A stretch of DNA of 64,000 bases from Candidatus Woesearchaeota archaeon (GCA_038891615.1 JAWADY010000002.1:96001-160000); one strand, 5' to 3'. Shown: positions 17,869 through 27,287, counted from the stretch's first letter. Numbers and translations: made by a program. Notes: generated from the sequence alone by a model not told the origin.

Positions 17869-19059
17869 ATGAAATTTGCACATCTTGCAGACTGTCATAT
17901 CGGTGGATGGCGTGAGCCTGTTCTCCGTGAACTGAACAACAGAGCATTTTCAGAAGCTGTTGCGCGATGCCTTGCAGAAAAGGTCGACTTTGTACTCATA
18001 GCAGGAGACCTTTTTAACACCTCACTGCCTGCACTTGATAGTCTTAGGAGCGCTGTTGCTGGCCTTCGCGAACTGAAGGAAGCTGGAATTCCAGTTTATG
18101 CAGTTCCTGGTAGCCATGACTATAGCCCAAGTGGCAGGACGATTGTTGATGTGCTTGAGAGTGCAGGGTTGCTTGTCAATGTTGTAAACGAAGAAGCAAA
18201 TTTTGTCGTAGATAAAAAGACTGGAGCAAAGCTCATAGGACTTCCTGGTTGGAAGGGTGGGCTTGACCAATCACTCTTCTCTTCAATTGACAAAAGTGCA
18301 CTTGAGGCTGAAAAAGGTTTCAAGATCTTCCTATTCCACACGACGGTGAAGGAGCTGATAACAAAAGATTTTGAAATGATTCCATCTGTGCCAGCTTCAG
18401 CTTTTCCAGAAGGGTTTGACTATTATGCAGGTGGTCACATTCACATTGTCAGCAGGCACAGGTTTGGGAAGGGGTTTATGGTCTATCCAGGGCCGCTCTT
18501 TCCGAACAACTTTTCAGAGCTTGAGAAGCTGGGAGCGGGAGGATTTTTCGTATATGAAGATGGCAAGCTTGAGCATGTAAGACTCGAGCTCTGTCCTGTT
18601 CGGCCTTTAGTCTTGGATTGCAATCACAAACGGCCAGCTGAGATTTGCCAGGAGATTGCACACAGGATAGACCAGCTTGAGCTTAAAGGGGCCTTGCTGC
18701 TTGTCAGGCTTTATGGAAGCCTGGCTGGGAAATCTACAGAGATTCCTTTTAACGAGTTGTTTGCACGCGCATACGAGAAGGGTGCACTCTTTGTTCTCAA
18801 GAATTCTCATCAGCTCATAAACGAAGAACTTGCAAAGACCGAAACTGTTTCGGGAACTGTTGAGGAAATAGAACAGAGTGTGATTGAAAGCTTTTCAGGA
18901 AAAGGCCCTTTTACAAAGGAAAAAGAACGCCAGCTTCTTGCCGCCATTATGCAGGTGCTTTCTGCTGAAAAAGCCGAGGGTGAAACTACTGTTGATTTTG
19001 AGACAAGACTGAAAAAAGCCGTTGCAGGGGTCTTAGGCATAACACAGGAGGCACACTAA
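17869..19059 (+). CDS. mre11: Mre11/SbcD-family DNA repair exonuclease
   Basis: ADCHIG, AGDLFN, PGSHD, FHT, DYYAGGHIH and YPGP metallophosphoesterase motifs. Confidence 0.88.
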   Translation: MKFAHLADCHIGGWREPVLRELNNRAFSEAVARCLAEKVDFVLIAGDLFNTSLPALDSLRSAVAGLRELKEAGIPVYAVPGSHDYSPSGRTIVDVLESAGLLVNVVNEEANFVVDKKTGAKLIGLPGWKGGLDQSLFSSIDKSALEAEKGFKIFLFHTTVKELITKDFEMIPSVPASAFPEGFDYYAGGHIHIVSRHRFGKGFMVYPGPLFPNNFSELEKLGAGGFFVYEDGKLEHVRLELCPVRPLVLDCNHKRPAEICQEIAHRIDQLELKGALLLVRLYGSLAGKSTEIPFNELFARAYEKGALFVLKNSHQLINEELAKTETVSGTVEEIEQSVIESFSGKGPFTKEKERQLLAAIMQVLSAEKAEGETTVDFETRLKKAVAGVLGITQEAH

Positions 19060-19067
19060 GAAAATTT

Positions 19068-20378
19068 CTATGGGCTTTTTCTAAGCATTGTTCGTGGAAA
19101 GGGTATTGCATCTTTTATGTTGTCAAGTCCACAAATCCACGATATGACGCGCTCGATGCCCATCCCAAATCCAGAATGTGGAACAGAGCCATAGCGTCTT
19201 GTGTCAAAATACCATTCGTAATGTTCTGGATGTTCGCCGCTCTTTTTTAGCGCTTCTTTCATTGCATTGATGTCAAGGTCTCGTTGCGAGCCTCCAATTA
19301 TCTCGCCGTACCCTTCAGGCGCGAGCATGTCAAAACAGAGTGCCGTCTTAGGATCTCTTGGGTCTGCTGGCTTATAAAATGCCATTATCTCCTTTGGATA
19401 GTTCGTTACGATGAGAGGCCTGTCAAAATGCTTCATTATTTTGTTCTCTTCAATTGTCCTCAAGTCCTTGCCCCACTGCACTACCAATCCTTCTTTTTTC
19501 TTCAAAAGCTCAAGGACTTGTGTATATGTAAGCCTAGGAAAAGGTGTTTTTACCTTTTTGAGCTTCGACAGTTCTTGCCCAAGCTGTGTTAGTTCTGAGC
19601 TGTTTTCCTTTAACACAGCCTTTACAACGTGCTCAACGAGCTCTTCGGCTTGTTTAATAGCTCCGTCCAAGTCCTGCCACGCTGTTTCGACCTCTGCCAT
19701 CCAGAACTCTGCAAGGTGTCTCGAGGTTTTGCTCCGTTCTGCTCTAAAGCATGGACTAATTGTGAATATCTTTTCAAGTCCAAAAATTCCTGCCTCTGCA
19801 TAAAGCTGCCAACTTTGAGTAAGGTATGCAATGTCGTCAAAGTATTTTAGCTGGAAAAGGGTTGCTCCCCCTTCGCAAGCAACTGGGGTTATTATAGGTG
19901 GAGACCATTCGTAGTAGCCTCGCTCATAGAAATAATCTCGTACCGCCTTGAGGATGGTTGAGCGAATCTTAAGGATGTTTGTTAGCTTTCTACTTCTTAA
20001 CCAAAGATGCCTCACATCGAGGAGAAACTCCTGACTAAGATCCTTTGCTATTGGGAATCTCTCTGCAATATGAACAATTTTCAGGTCTGAAACTTTTAGC
20101 TCGTATCCTGTTGGAGCCCTTTCATCTTTTACAAGCTCGCCCTCAACAATAAGCGAGCTTTCCATTGTTACCTTTTCCGCATTACTGAATAACTCCTTTG
20201 GCACATTTTCTTTCTTGACAACACATTGTATGATGTTGGAGCTATCTCTTAAAACAATAAACACTTTGTCCGCAAACTTCCTTTCGCGATAGCACCAGCC
20301 TCTAAGCCTAACCTTTCCTTTACCTTTTTCAAGTGCTTCTTGTATCGAAATAATGCCGTCTTTTTCAGCTACTGCCAT
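19068..20378 (-). CDS. asnS: Asparaginyl-tRNA synthetase
   Basis: OB fold, RHLWLRS, YLTQSWQLY, FRAERSKTSRHLAEFWM, GEIIGGSQR and YGSVPHSGFGMG. Confidence 0.94.
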   Translation of the reverse strand: MAVAEKDGIISIQEALEKGKGKVRLRGWCYRERKFADKVFIVLRDSSNIIQCVVKKENVPKELFSNAEKVTMESSLIVEGELVKDERAPTGYELKVSDLKIVHIAERFPIAKDLSQEFLLDVRHLWLRSRKLTNILKIRSTILKAVRDYFYERGYYEWSPPIITPVACEGGATLFQLKYFDDIAYLTQSWQLYAEAGIFGLEKIFTISPCFRAERSKTSRHLAEFWMAEVETAWQDLDGAIKQAEELVEHVVKAVLKENSSELTQLGQELSKLKKVKTPFPRLTYTQVLELLKKKEGLVVQWGKDLRTIEENKIMKHFDRPLIVTNYPKEIMAFYKPADPRDPKTALCFDMLAPEGYGEIIGGSQRDLDINAMKEALKKSGEHPEHYEWYFDTRRYGSVPHSGFGMGIERVISWICGLDNIKDAIPFPRTMLRKSP

Positions 20379-20424
20379 TTTTCCTTTAAATTAAAGAACT
20401 CTTTTAAAGTTTTCCAGTCGTTCG

Positions 20425-21732
20425 TCAGGGCACAACTCGTTCTGGGTCCCTTGGAAATAGCACTCCTTCTCGGATGTTTCCAAGCCCAAGTATGTTTTTT
20501 ACAAGTCTGTCAATGCCAAGCCCGAAACCGCCATGTGGAGGCATGCCATAGCGGAATGCTTCTAGATAAAATGCAAAATCCTTCGGGTCTAGCCCTTTAC
20601 CTTTCATCTGCTCAACAAGCTGGATGTAGCGATGTTCGCGTTGCCCTCCTGAAGCAAGCTCCTCTCCACCATACTCGAAGTCAAAGCTCCGTGACAGTCC
20701 ATTCTCTGCCATTATGTAGAAAGGTTTTATCTTGAATGGAAACTTTGTGATAAAGTACGCCTTTGTGCCGTACCTTTTTTTCACAAGTTCTCCCAAAAGC
20801 TTTTCGTCTTCTGCCCCTATGTCCTCGTCTTCTTTTATCTTTGAGCCAGCTTCCTTGAGCATGTCCAAGGCTTCGCTGTACCTTATCCTTGGAAATGGAA
20901 GCTGAGGAGGCTCCAAGTGAATATCAAAAAGGCCCAGCTCACGCGCGAATTCAGATTTTATTTTTCCAATAACAAAAACAAACAACCTTTCAAGAAGTCT
21001 TAGCACATCCTCTTCATCTTTTATGAATGCCATTTCGAGGTCAAAATGCGTGAACTCTGTGAGATGTCTCGTTGTATGCGATTTTTCTGCCCTAAAGCTT
21101 GGCCCTATCTCAAAGACCTTGTCAAAGCCCGAAGCAAGCACAGCCTGTTTGTACAGCTGCTGGCTTTGACTCAGAAAAACTTTTTTGCCATAGTAATTTA
21201 CTTGGAAAAGGGTTGCTCCTCCCTCTGCCCCTGCACTTATGAGTTTTGGCGTTTGTATTTCAATAAAACCCTCTGAGTTAAGGAAAGCGCGGATTGCAGC
21301 ATTTAGTCCTGAACGTATTTTAAAAATTGCCAGGTTTTTTCGGTTTCTTAGATCAAGTAGTCTGTTGTCAAGCCTTTTGTCAAGGCCAGTAGGAATCTTC
21401 CCGGAGAAGTCGATTGGAAGCACTGGTTCGCTTTTACTTATTACCTCAAACTTTTCAAGAACAAGCTCTTTTTCTCCAGATTTGAGCTTTGACTCAGCCA
21501 TTTTCCCCTCTGCAACGATTACAGATTCCTTTGGGATCTTTTCAAGCTCAGACATTTTTTCAAAATCTGGAAGAGCTGTTAGCTGAATCTCCCCTTCCCT
21601 ATCACGGAGCCTGACAAAAGCAATCTTTCCAATGCGTTTTATGTCAGCCGCCCACCCTGCTACTACAACTCGTGTTCCAGCAGCCTTTTTCAGCGCCTCG
21701 CTTGAATAAATCCTTCTTGCTAGATCTATCAT
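20425..21732 (-). CDS. aspS: Aspartyl-tRNA synthetase, archaeal type
   Basis: RLDNRLLDLR, EGGA, QSQQLYKQ, FRAEKSHTTRHLTEF, ELASGGQREH and YGMPPHGGFGLG. Confidence 0.94.
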   Translation of the reverse strand: MIDLARRIYSSEALKKAAGTRVVVAGWAADIKRIGKIAFVRLRDREGEIQLTALPDFEKMSELEKIPKESVIVAEGKMAESKLKSGEKELVLEKFEVISKSEPVLPIDFSGKIPTGLDKRLDNRLLDLRNRKNLAIFKIRSGLNAAIRAFLNSEGFIEIQTPKLISAGAEGGATLFQVNYYGKKVFLSQSQQLYKQAVLASGFDKVFEIGPSFRAEKSHTTRHLTEFTHFDLEMAFIKDEEDVLRLLERLFVFVIGKIKSEFARELGLFDIHLEPPQLPFPRIRYSEALDMLKEAGSKIKEDEDIGAEDEKLLGELVKKRYGTKAYFITKFPFKIKPFYIMAENGLSRSFDFEYGGEELASGGQREHRYIQLVEQMKGKGLDPKDFAFYLEAFRYGMPPHGGFGLGIDRLVKNILGLGNIREGVLFPRDPERVVP

Positions 21733-22325
21733 TTTTTCCGTCCTCTGCTTCTGCCTTTGAGCCTGAGCTTCAATGCAAGGTCTTCAAGTTTTTCCAGCCC
21801 ATATTTCAGGCTATCAAACTTTTTTCTTAAAGGTTGGTTTCTAAAATCAAATAGGGTCAGTTGTTCATGAATCCCTTCAACAAATGCCTTTATCTCAAGC
21901 GCAGACCTTTCATTGCCTTTTATCACAGAATTTATGGCTTTTCGCACAAGCTCGCCCACCATATCACAAAGTCCTAGAAGATATATATCTATGTCAACGC
22001 CAAGTTCTTTGGGAGAGAAAAGTCGCTTCTCACTCGCCCAGCCATAGTAGCAGGAAGCCTCAACATACTCTTCCAGAGCCTCTGCATAAGCACCAATCAT
22101 TGCAAGATGTTTGTCACCCTTTACAAGGCTTTCTGCCTCTTTTATTCTGCTTTTTGCAACCCTTAGTGCAGCTGCTGCCGAAGCGAGGTCTTCTCTATGA
22201 AGTGCATAAATTGCCTTTTTGCTTTCCTTTAGAATATCTCTTGATTTCTTTATAAGCTCTTCGCGGGCATAATCAAAAGCCTCTAGCTTCTGCCTCATGA
22301 GCTCAAAAGTCTTTTTGTCAATCAT
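21729..22325 (-). CDS. Translin/TRAX (C3PO) family protein
   Basis: REELIKKSRD, EEYVEA, YLLGLCDMVGELVR and LRKKFDSLKY. Confidence 0.9.
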   Translation of the reverse strand: MIDKKTFELMRQKLEAFDYAREELIKKSRDILKESKKAIYALHREDLASAAAALRVAKSRIKEAESLVKGDKHLAMIGAYAEALEEYVEASCYYGWASEKRLFSPKELGVDIDIYLLGLCDMVGELVRKAINSVIKGNERSALEIKAFVEGIHEQLTLFDFRNQPLRKKFDSLKYGLEKLEDLALKLRLKGRSRGRKK

Positions 22326-22444
22326 TACTGTAGTTTGTGAGCGCAGCCCTTTTAAATCTATTGCCACGCACTGCTCTGAAACAAAGAAAAGGTTTATATA
22401 CTCTCATTCTTCAAAAAAGCAAAAAAGAGAGGTTAAAAAACCTG

Positions 22445-22996
22445 ATGGCCGCGACTGTTCTTGGAAATGTCATTGAGTTTTTTAATAGAATAGGAATTTA
22501 CGATGTCGTGCTACCCTTTCTTCTCGTTTTCACAATTGTTTTTGCAATCTTTGAGAGAACAAAGGTTCTTGGAACAGAAAAGATTGATGGGGAAGTTGTT
22601 ACAAAAAAGAACCTTAATGCAATGGCTGCCTTTGTAATTGCATTTTTTGTAGTAGCTTCAGGCCAGGTTGTGGAGACAATCACAAAGGTTTCTGCAAACA
22701 TGGTTGTTCTTCTCTTTCTTGTGATATTCTTCCTAATGCTTGTTGGCACACTTTACAAAGAAGGAGAATTTGTTGAAAAGGGACTTGAAGGCTGGCCAAG
22801 AAATGTCTTTATTATAGTTCTTACCCTTGGAATCATTCTTGTTTTCCTAGACGGAATAAAAGCAGCTGACGGTCGGAGTTGGTTACAGGTTGCAACAGAT
22901 TACCTTCAGCTGAACTGGTCCTCACCTGCTGTTGCCTCAGTAGTGCTCATCCTTCTCGTCATATTCATAATAAACTGGCTAACAAAGGGTAAGTAG
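22445..22996 (+). CDS. Uncharacterised membrane protein, paralog M1
   Basis: About five hydrophobic segments. N-terminal motif DVVLPFLLVFTIVFAIF…KVLG…NAMAAFVIA. Confidence 0.85.
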   Translation: MAATVLGNVIEFFNRIGIYDVVLPFLLVFTIVFAIFERTKVLGTEKIDGEVVTKKNLNAMAAFVIAFFVVASGQVVETITKVSANMVVLLFLVIFFLMLVGTLYKEGEFVEKGLEGWPRNVFIIVLTLGIILVFLDGIKAADGRSWLQVATDYLQLNWSSPAVASVVLILLVIFIINWLTKGK

Positions 22997-23005
22997 GTGA
23001 TGCAA

Positions 23006-23572
23006 ATGATTTTTCGGCTTCAATTTGGGCCTTATGGCATAGGTTTTAGGGACCTTTTTTATAGACTGCAGGTTTTGGGCGTGTTTGATGTTCTGATACC
23101 TTTTGTTCTAATCTTCACCATTCTTTATGCAGTCCTTCAGAAAGTAGGAGTGTTCAAAGAGAAGAAGTTCAATATTCTCATCTCGCTTGCAATAGCTCTT
23201 CTCGTAGTTGTCCCTCATGTTGTTGGAGGCTATCCTGCTGGCTTTGATGTAGTTGAAATCATAAACCGCTCGCTCCCGCAAATAGCCTTCCTCCTCATAG
23301 CTTTTGTTCTTTTTCTCATAATGGTTGGGCTTGTCTGGAAGCCACAGAAGGGAACGGAACTTGTGTTTCAAGGGGCTCTTGTTCCAATCATTGTTGCGCT
23401 TATTCTCTTTTTCATCTTTAGCAGTGCGATTTATCAGCAAGCCATTCCGAACTGGCTTTGGTGGATTCTTGATCCAACCTTGCAGATGTTCGTTGTGATT
23501 TTGCTGATATTCGGGCTTGTTGTGTGGTTTGTGACAAGCGGAGCAAAGGAAGAAAAAGAGGGAAAAGATTAA
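23006..23572 (+). CDS. Uncharacterised membrane protein, paralog M2
   Basis: DVLIPFVLIFTILYAVL…KFNILISLAIA. GGTGA SD overlaps the M1 stop. Confidence 0.85.
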   Translation: MIFRLQFGPYGIGFRDLFYRLQVLGVFDVLIPFVLIFTILYAVLQKVGVFKEKKFNILISLAIALLVVVPHVVGGYPAGFDVVEIINRSLPQIAFLLIAFVLFLIMVGLVWKPQKGTELVFQGALVPIIVALILFFIFSSAIYQQAIPNWLWWILDPTLQMFVVILLIFGLVVWFVTSGAKEEKEGKD

Positions 23573-23587
23573 AAGAGCTAGTGAAAT

Positions 23588-24151
23588 ATGGCAACCCTGC
23601 TTGACCTAGGCCTTGTGAGAACTTTTGACGCCCTGTTTCCTTTCCTTTTTGTCTTTGTTGTTGTTTATGGCGTCCTAAGCTACACAAAACTTCTTGGCGA
23701 GAACAAAAGTGTACATGCAATAATTGCATTTATACTTGCCATAGCCGCCCTATTCTCCCGCATTGCTCTAAAGACAATAACCCTCATGGCCCCATGGTTC
23801 GTTATTCTTTTTGTTTTCGCGATATTTGCAATAATGACTTATCAGCTCTTTGGTGTTAAAGAGGAAGAGATATCTGGACTTTGGAAAAAGTGGACAGCTG
23901 GTGGTAGCACCATCTTCTATTGGTTATTGGCACTCATACTTATGATAGGACTTGGCTCGTTGTTCACTGTCCTGCGCGAAGAAAGGGCACCACCTTTTTT
24001 CATCCAAAATGCCACTGTTACTCCAGGCATTCCAGAAGCCCGGATTAGCTTTTGGTCAACAGTATTCCATCCAAAAGTTCTTGGAGCCGCACTTCTTTTC
24101 TTGATAGCATTGTTCGCCATAAAGAGCCTCACAGAGCTTCCAAAGAAATAA
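23588..24151 (+). CDS. Uncharacterised membrane protein, paralog M3
   Basis: DALFPFLFVFVVVYGVL…KLLGENKSVHAIIAFILA. Confidence 0.85.
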   Translation: MATLLDLGLVRTFDALFPFLFVFVVVYGVLSYTKLLGENKSVHAIIAFILAIAALFSRIALKTITLMAPWFVILFVFAIFAIMTYQLFGVKEEEISGLWKKWTAGGSTIFYWLLALILMIGLGSLFTVLREERAPPFFIQNATVTPGIPEARISFWSTVFHPKVLGAALLFLIALFAIKSLTELPKK

Positions 24152-24166
24152 CCTTAAATTGTGAAA

Positions 24167-24772
24167 ATGGTAGAAATAATAGATCGGTATTCTCGTTTTG
24201 GCAAAAATCTCTTAAAAATCACAAGTTTTGTATTGGGCTACAAGGATGTTTTTTCTTTAGAAAAACTAATCACTCTTATTCACGAGTGGCTCGTTGAGGA
24301 AGGCTATGCAACACGGGATGATGAGAAGTTTGGTGAGGTGTTTTATTTGCAAAAGGACAACCCTGTTGCAGGCAATGAGTACTGGATTCGTTGGAGGCTT
24401 GAGAAAACCCCCTTTCAAACAAAGCTTTGGAAATATCTTCTTGATATCGATATACACGTTCTTGGATTAAAAAAAGTTGAGCTTGTTGCCGGAGGGAAAA
24501 AGCTTGAAGCAGATAAGGGAAAGGTTGAGATTGCTGCAGACTTTGGCTTACTTCTTGACCCACAAAATTTGCTTGAGGCTCCGGTTATTAAACCATTTAA
24601 AATGCTTGTGCTAAAGGGCTTTCTTAAGGCGCAGTTTTCAAAGCACAAAGAAGCAGTCTTCACTGATGCTCAAAGGCTTCAAGATATGTTAAAATCCTAT
24701 CTCCGTCTTGAGACCTACTTGACTGAAAAAGGGCTTCCGGAATTCCTTGGCAAAAGGCCGGAGGCAAGATAA
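24167..24772 (+). CDS. Uncharacterised soluble alpha/beta protein, paralog S1
   Basis: YKDVF…W…GY…E…KKVELV.GGKK…GKVEI…LLLD pattern, shared with S2 and S3. Confidence 0.85.
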   Translation: MVEIIDRYSRFGKNLLKITSFVLGYKDVFSLEKLITLIHEWLVEEGYATRDDEKFGEVFYLQKDNPVAGNEYWIRWRLEKTPFQTKLWKYLLDIDIHVLGLKKVELVAGGKKLEADKGKVEIAADFGLLLDPQNLLEAPVIKPFKMLVLKGFLKAQFSKHKEAVFTDAQRLQDMLKSYLRLETYLTEKGLPEFLGKRPEAR

Positions 24773-25273
24773 ATGGTAGTGAAGATAGACATACCAGTTT
24801 CAATTATACGCTATGCTGGGCTTTTTCAAAAGGAAAAACTGCTTAGAACAGTTCGTGGCTGGCTTCTTTCAGAGCGCTATCTCTTTAGTGAGCCAAAGCA
24901 TAAGTACAGCAGCTCTCCAACTGGTGCAACATTAGAGGTGCGGTTTGAAGGCGATAGAAAGGTAACAAGCTATGTGCGCTTCAAAATTGTTGTAGATATT
25001 CTGATTAATGAAATGAAGGATGTACAAGTTGTCAAGGATGGCATTCAAACAGTCCTTCAAGAAGGAAAAATACTTATCGAAACAAAGGGCACTTTGGAAT
25101 TGGATTGGCAAAATCGTTTTGGAGGTTCAAAATTTCTTCAGGGCTTACACGACTTTTATCTAAAGTACATAATAAAGAAAAAAATTGATGAAGTATGGTG
25201 GGGAGCTCTTTATTCCAAAATATTTAAATTGAACTCAGTCATTAGAGAAGCAATAGGCTTTGAAACAGTCTGA
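24773..25273 (+). CDS. Uncharacterised soluble alpha/beta protein, paralog S2
   Basis: YAGLF…W…Y…EPKH…KDVQVVKDG…GKILI…GTLELDWQNRF. Start abuts the S1 stop. Confidence 0.85.
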   Translation: MVVKIDIPVSIIRYAGLFQKEKLLRTVRGWLLSERYLFSEPKHKYSSSPTGATLEVRFEGDRKVTSYVRFKIVVDILINEMKDVQVVKDGIQTVLQEGKILIETKGTLELDWQNRFGGSKFLQGLHDFYLKYIIKKKIDEVWWGALYSKIFKLNSVIREAIGFETV

Positions 25274-25283
25274 GGTCGCTCTG

Positions 25284-25799
25284 ATGCCAGAACGCGAGAC
25301 AATTGTTGACAAAGAACGGTTAGAGTATGAAGGACCATTTGAGCTTTCTGCTTTTTATCAGCTTCTCCAGAGCACAATTGCTGAGCTTGGTTATGGCGTA
25401 AGGGAAAGAAAGCATTCCGAAGCGGTTTCGAAGGAAGGAAAGCTAATCTATCTTGAGCTAGAGTGTAGAAAGGTGCTATCAGAGGACTATGCTAGAGCTC
25501 TTATTCTGCTAAATGTTCAGCTTATAAATGTCAAAGACATCGTTGTTGAGGGCAAAAAATATCAGACAGGAAAGATTAGCATTGTTCTTGATGGCATCCT
25601 TGAAACAGACTATGAAGGAAGATGGGAGGAAAAGCCGCTTCTTCTCTTTCTCAGGACTCTTTATGACAAATTTATTTTTAAAACAATAACTGGTGGATAC
25701 GATAGAATAATCCGAGAAGATGCAAATAGGCTGAAAGACATTGTCAGTGCATTCTTTAACATTTCTGCCTTTAGGGTGCCTCAACGTGCCTCTGCCTAA
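25284..25799 (+). CDS. Uncharacterised soluble alpha/beta protein, paralog S3
   Basis: YEGPF…GY…ERKH…KDIVVEGKK…GKISI…GILETDYEGRW. GAGGT SD. Confidence 0.85.
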   Translation: MPERETIVDKERLEYEGPFELSAFYQLLQSTIAELGYGVRERKHSEAVSKEGKLIYLELECRKVLSEDYARALILLNVQLINVKDIVVEGKKYQTGKISIVLDGILETDYEGRWEEKPLLLFLRTLYDKFIFKTITGGYDRIIREDANRLKDIVSAFFNISAFRVPQRASA

Positions 25800-25868
25800 A
25801 CTCTTGGAAATGTTTTTAAACAGTTGTTTTAGAAAGCTATTCTGAGATAGAGCTGCCTAAAAGCTGAC

Positions 25869-25952
25869 GCCTCCGTAGCTCAGTAGTGGAGCGACTGCCT
25901 TGTATCTGTGCAAGAAAGCAGTAGGTCAGGGGTGCGAATCCCCTCGGAGGCT
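25869..25952 (+). tRNA. tRNA-Thr(TGT) with a 12-nt intron at the canonical 37/38 position (25905-25916)
   Basis: Acceptor GCCTCCG/CGGAGGC. Removing TCTGTGCAAGAA restores ACTGC-CTTGTAA-GCAGT. T-loop variant TGCGAAT. Confidence 0.9.
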
Positions 25953-26051
25953 TCATTCTTATTTAACCAGCCGCAGGAAAACTTCATATTCTCTTTAAGC
26001 TTTGCTAAGCTTTCAAAATGTTTATATAACAAAAGAGGTGCTCAATATTTT

Positions 26052-26705
26052 ATGGAAACAAGCAAATGCGGCAGGTTTATTGTTCTTGATGGCATTGATG
26101 GTTCTGGAAAGAGCATGCAAGCAAAGGCACTCGCTTGTTACCTTTTTGACAAATCAAAAGAGTACAATGTCCTTCTCACGCGCGAGCCTTTTAATTCAGA
26201 CTATTGTGCTGAAATTCGTAGGCTACTCAAGGAAGGAAAAACTCCTTATGAAAACGCCGAGAAGCTCACAGAACTTTTTGTTGCTGACAGAAAACTTCAT
26301 GCTGGCCTGATAGCAAAGTGCCTTTCTGCAGGCGTTCATGTTGTGTCGGACAGGTATAAGTATTCAACCTTTGCGTACCAACAAGCGCAAGGCTTAAACC
26401 TAGACCGCCTGATTGAAATGCACGCTTCTTTGCTTGTTCCTGACATTGCAATAATTATTGATATTCCTGCCAAAGTTGCACTCGAGCGCATCAAGGACAG
26501 CCCTAAAAGGTCATATTACGAGGTTTTTGAAGCTCTTTCCTTTCAAGAGGTCCTACGGCAGAACTTTCTATCACTTCGCAAGAGCTTACCAAATGAGCGG
26601 ATTGTGATTATTGATGGAAACAAGCCTGCAGTTGAGGTCTTTGAATCGATAAGGAAGGAAGTGGACAAGCTGTATGGCTCTTGTGGTCAAAAGAAACTTT
26701 TATAA
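26052..26705 (+). CDS. tmk: Thymidylate kinase
   Basis: DGIDGSGKS, TREP, LFVADR, SDRY.YST.AYQ. Start moved to ATG 26052 because the longer ORF overlaps the tRNA. Confidence 0.94.
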   Translation: METSKCGRFIVLDGIDGSGKSMQAKALACYLFDKSKEYNVLLTREPFNSDYCAEIRRLLKEGKTPYENAEKLTELFVADRKLHAGLIAKCLSAGVHVVSDRYKYSTFAYQQAQGLNLDRLIEMHASLLVPDIAIIIDIPAKVALERIKDSPKRSYYEVFEALSFQEVLRQNFLSLRKSLPNERIVIIDGNKPAVEVFESIRKEVDKLYGSCGQKKLL

Positions 26706-26802
26706 AAAAGCTATTGCTTCGTTGCTTAAAAGAGGAAAATACTTTTGTTTGTCAAAAAGAACTACTGATGCGAACAGTGTCTGATTGGTTGAGGTGATTG
26801 TG

Positions 26803-27279
26803 ATGGAAATAAAAGAAGCCTATGAACGCTTGCGAAAACGTTATCCTGAACTCCCTCCATTCCAACAGCTTGATTTTGAATTTGAGCTTTCAACGATTGA
26901 AAAGGAGAGATTTGAAGAGCCTTTCATTCTTAGGCTTATCTGCAGTAGGATAAGCGAAAAAGTAAGCCCGCTGAAGGATTTTTTTGATCAGCTCCTTCAG
27001 CCAGAAGCTACATCCTTTAGCAGCATCTACGAATCACGCTGTTTCACAGAAGCTGAGAAACATGAAATTCTCGATGTCTACAAAAAATATATGCTTTTTG
27101 TCAGAGCACTTGATGAAGCCCTTCTTATGCTCGATGATAAAAAATATGTGGAAGTCGTTAAACTCTCCTTGTCAGAGTGGCCTGATGTGAGAAAAGCAGT
27201 CCTACCTTTTCTGAAGAAGCTTCGTGAATGCTGGAAGACGCCGTTTGAAAAGAAAAGAATTCTTGAATATCTTGGTTAA
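26803..27279 (+). CDS. Hypothetical helical protein
   Basis: GAGGTGA SD before ATG 26803. Runs into adk. Confidence 0.78.
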   Translation: MEIKEAYERLRKRYPELPPFQQLDFEFELSTIEKERFEEPFILRLICSRISEKVSPLKDFFDQLLQPEATSFSSIYESRCFTEAEKHEILDVYKKYMLFVRALDEALLMLDDKKYVEVVKLSLSEWPDVRKAVLPFLKKLRECWKTPFEKKRILEYLG

Positions 27280-27287
27280 ACTTGCGC

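Noticed and set aside
25908-26051. N-terminal extension of tmk in the ORF track
   Set aside because: It overlaps tRNA-Thr and lies upstream of the TTTATATA promoter. The real start is ATG 26052.
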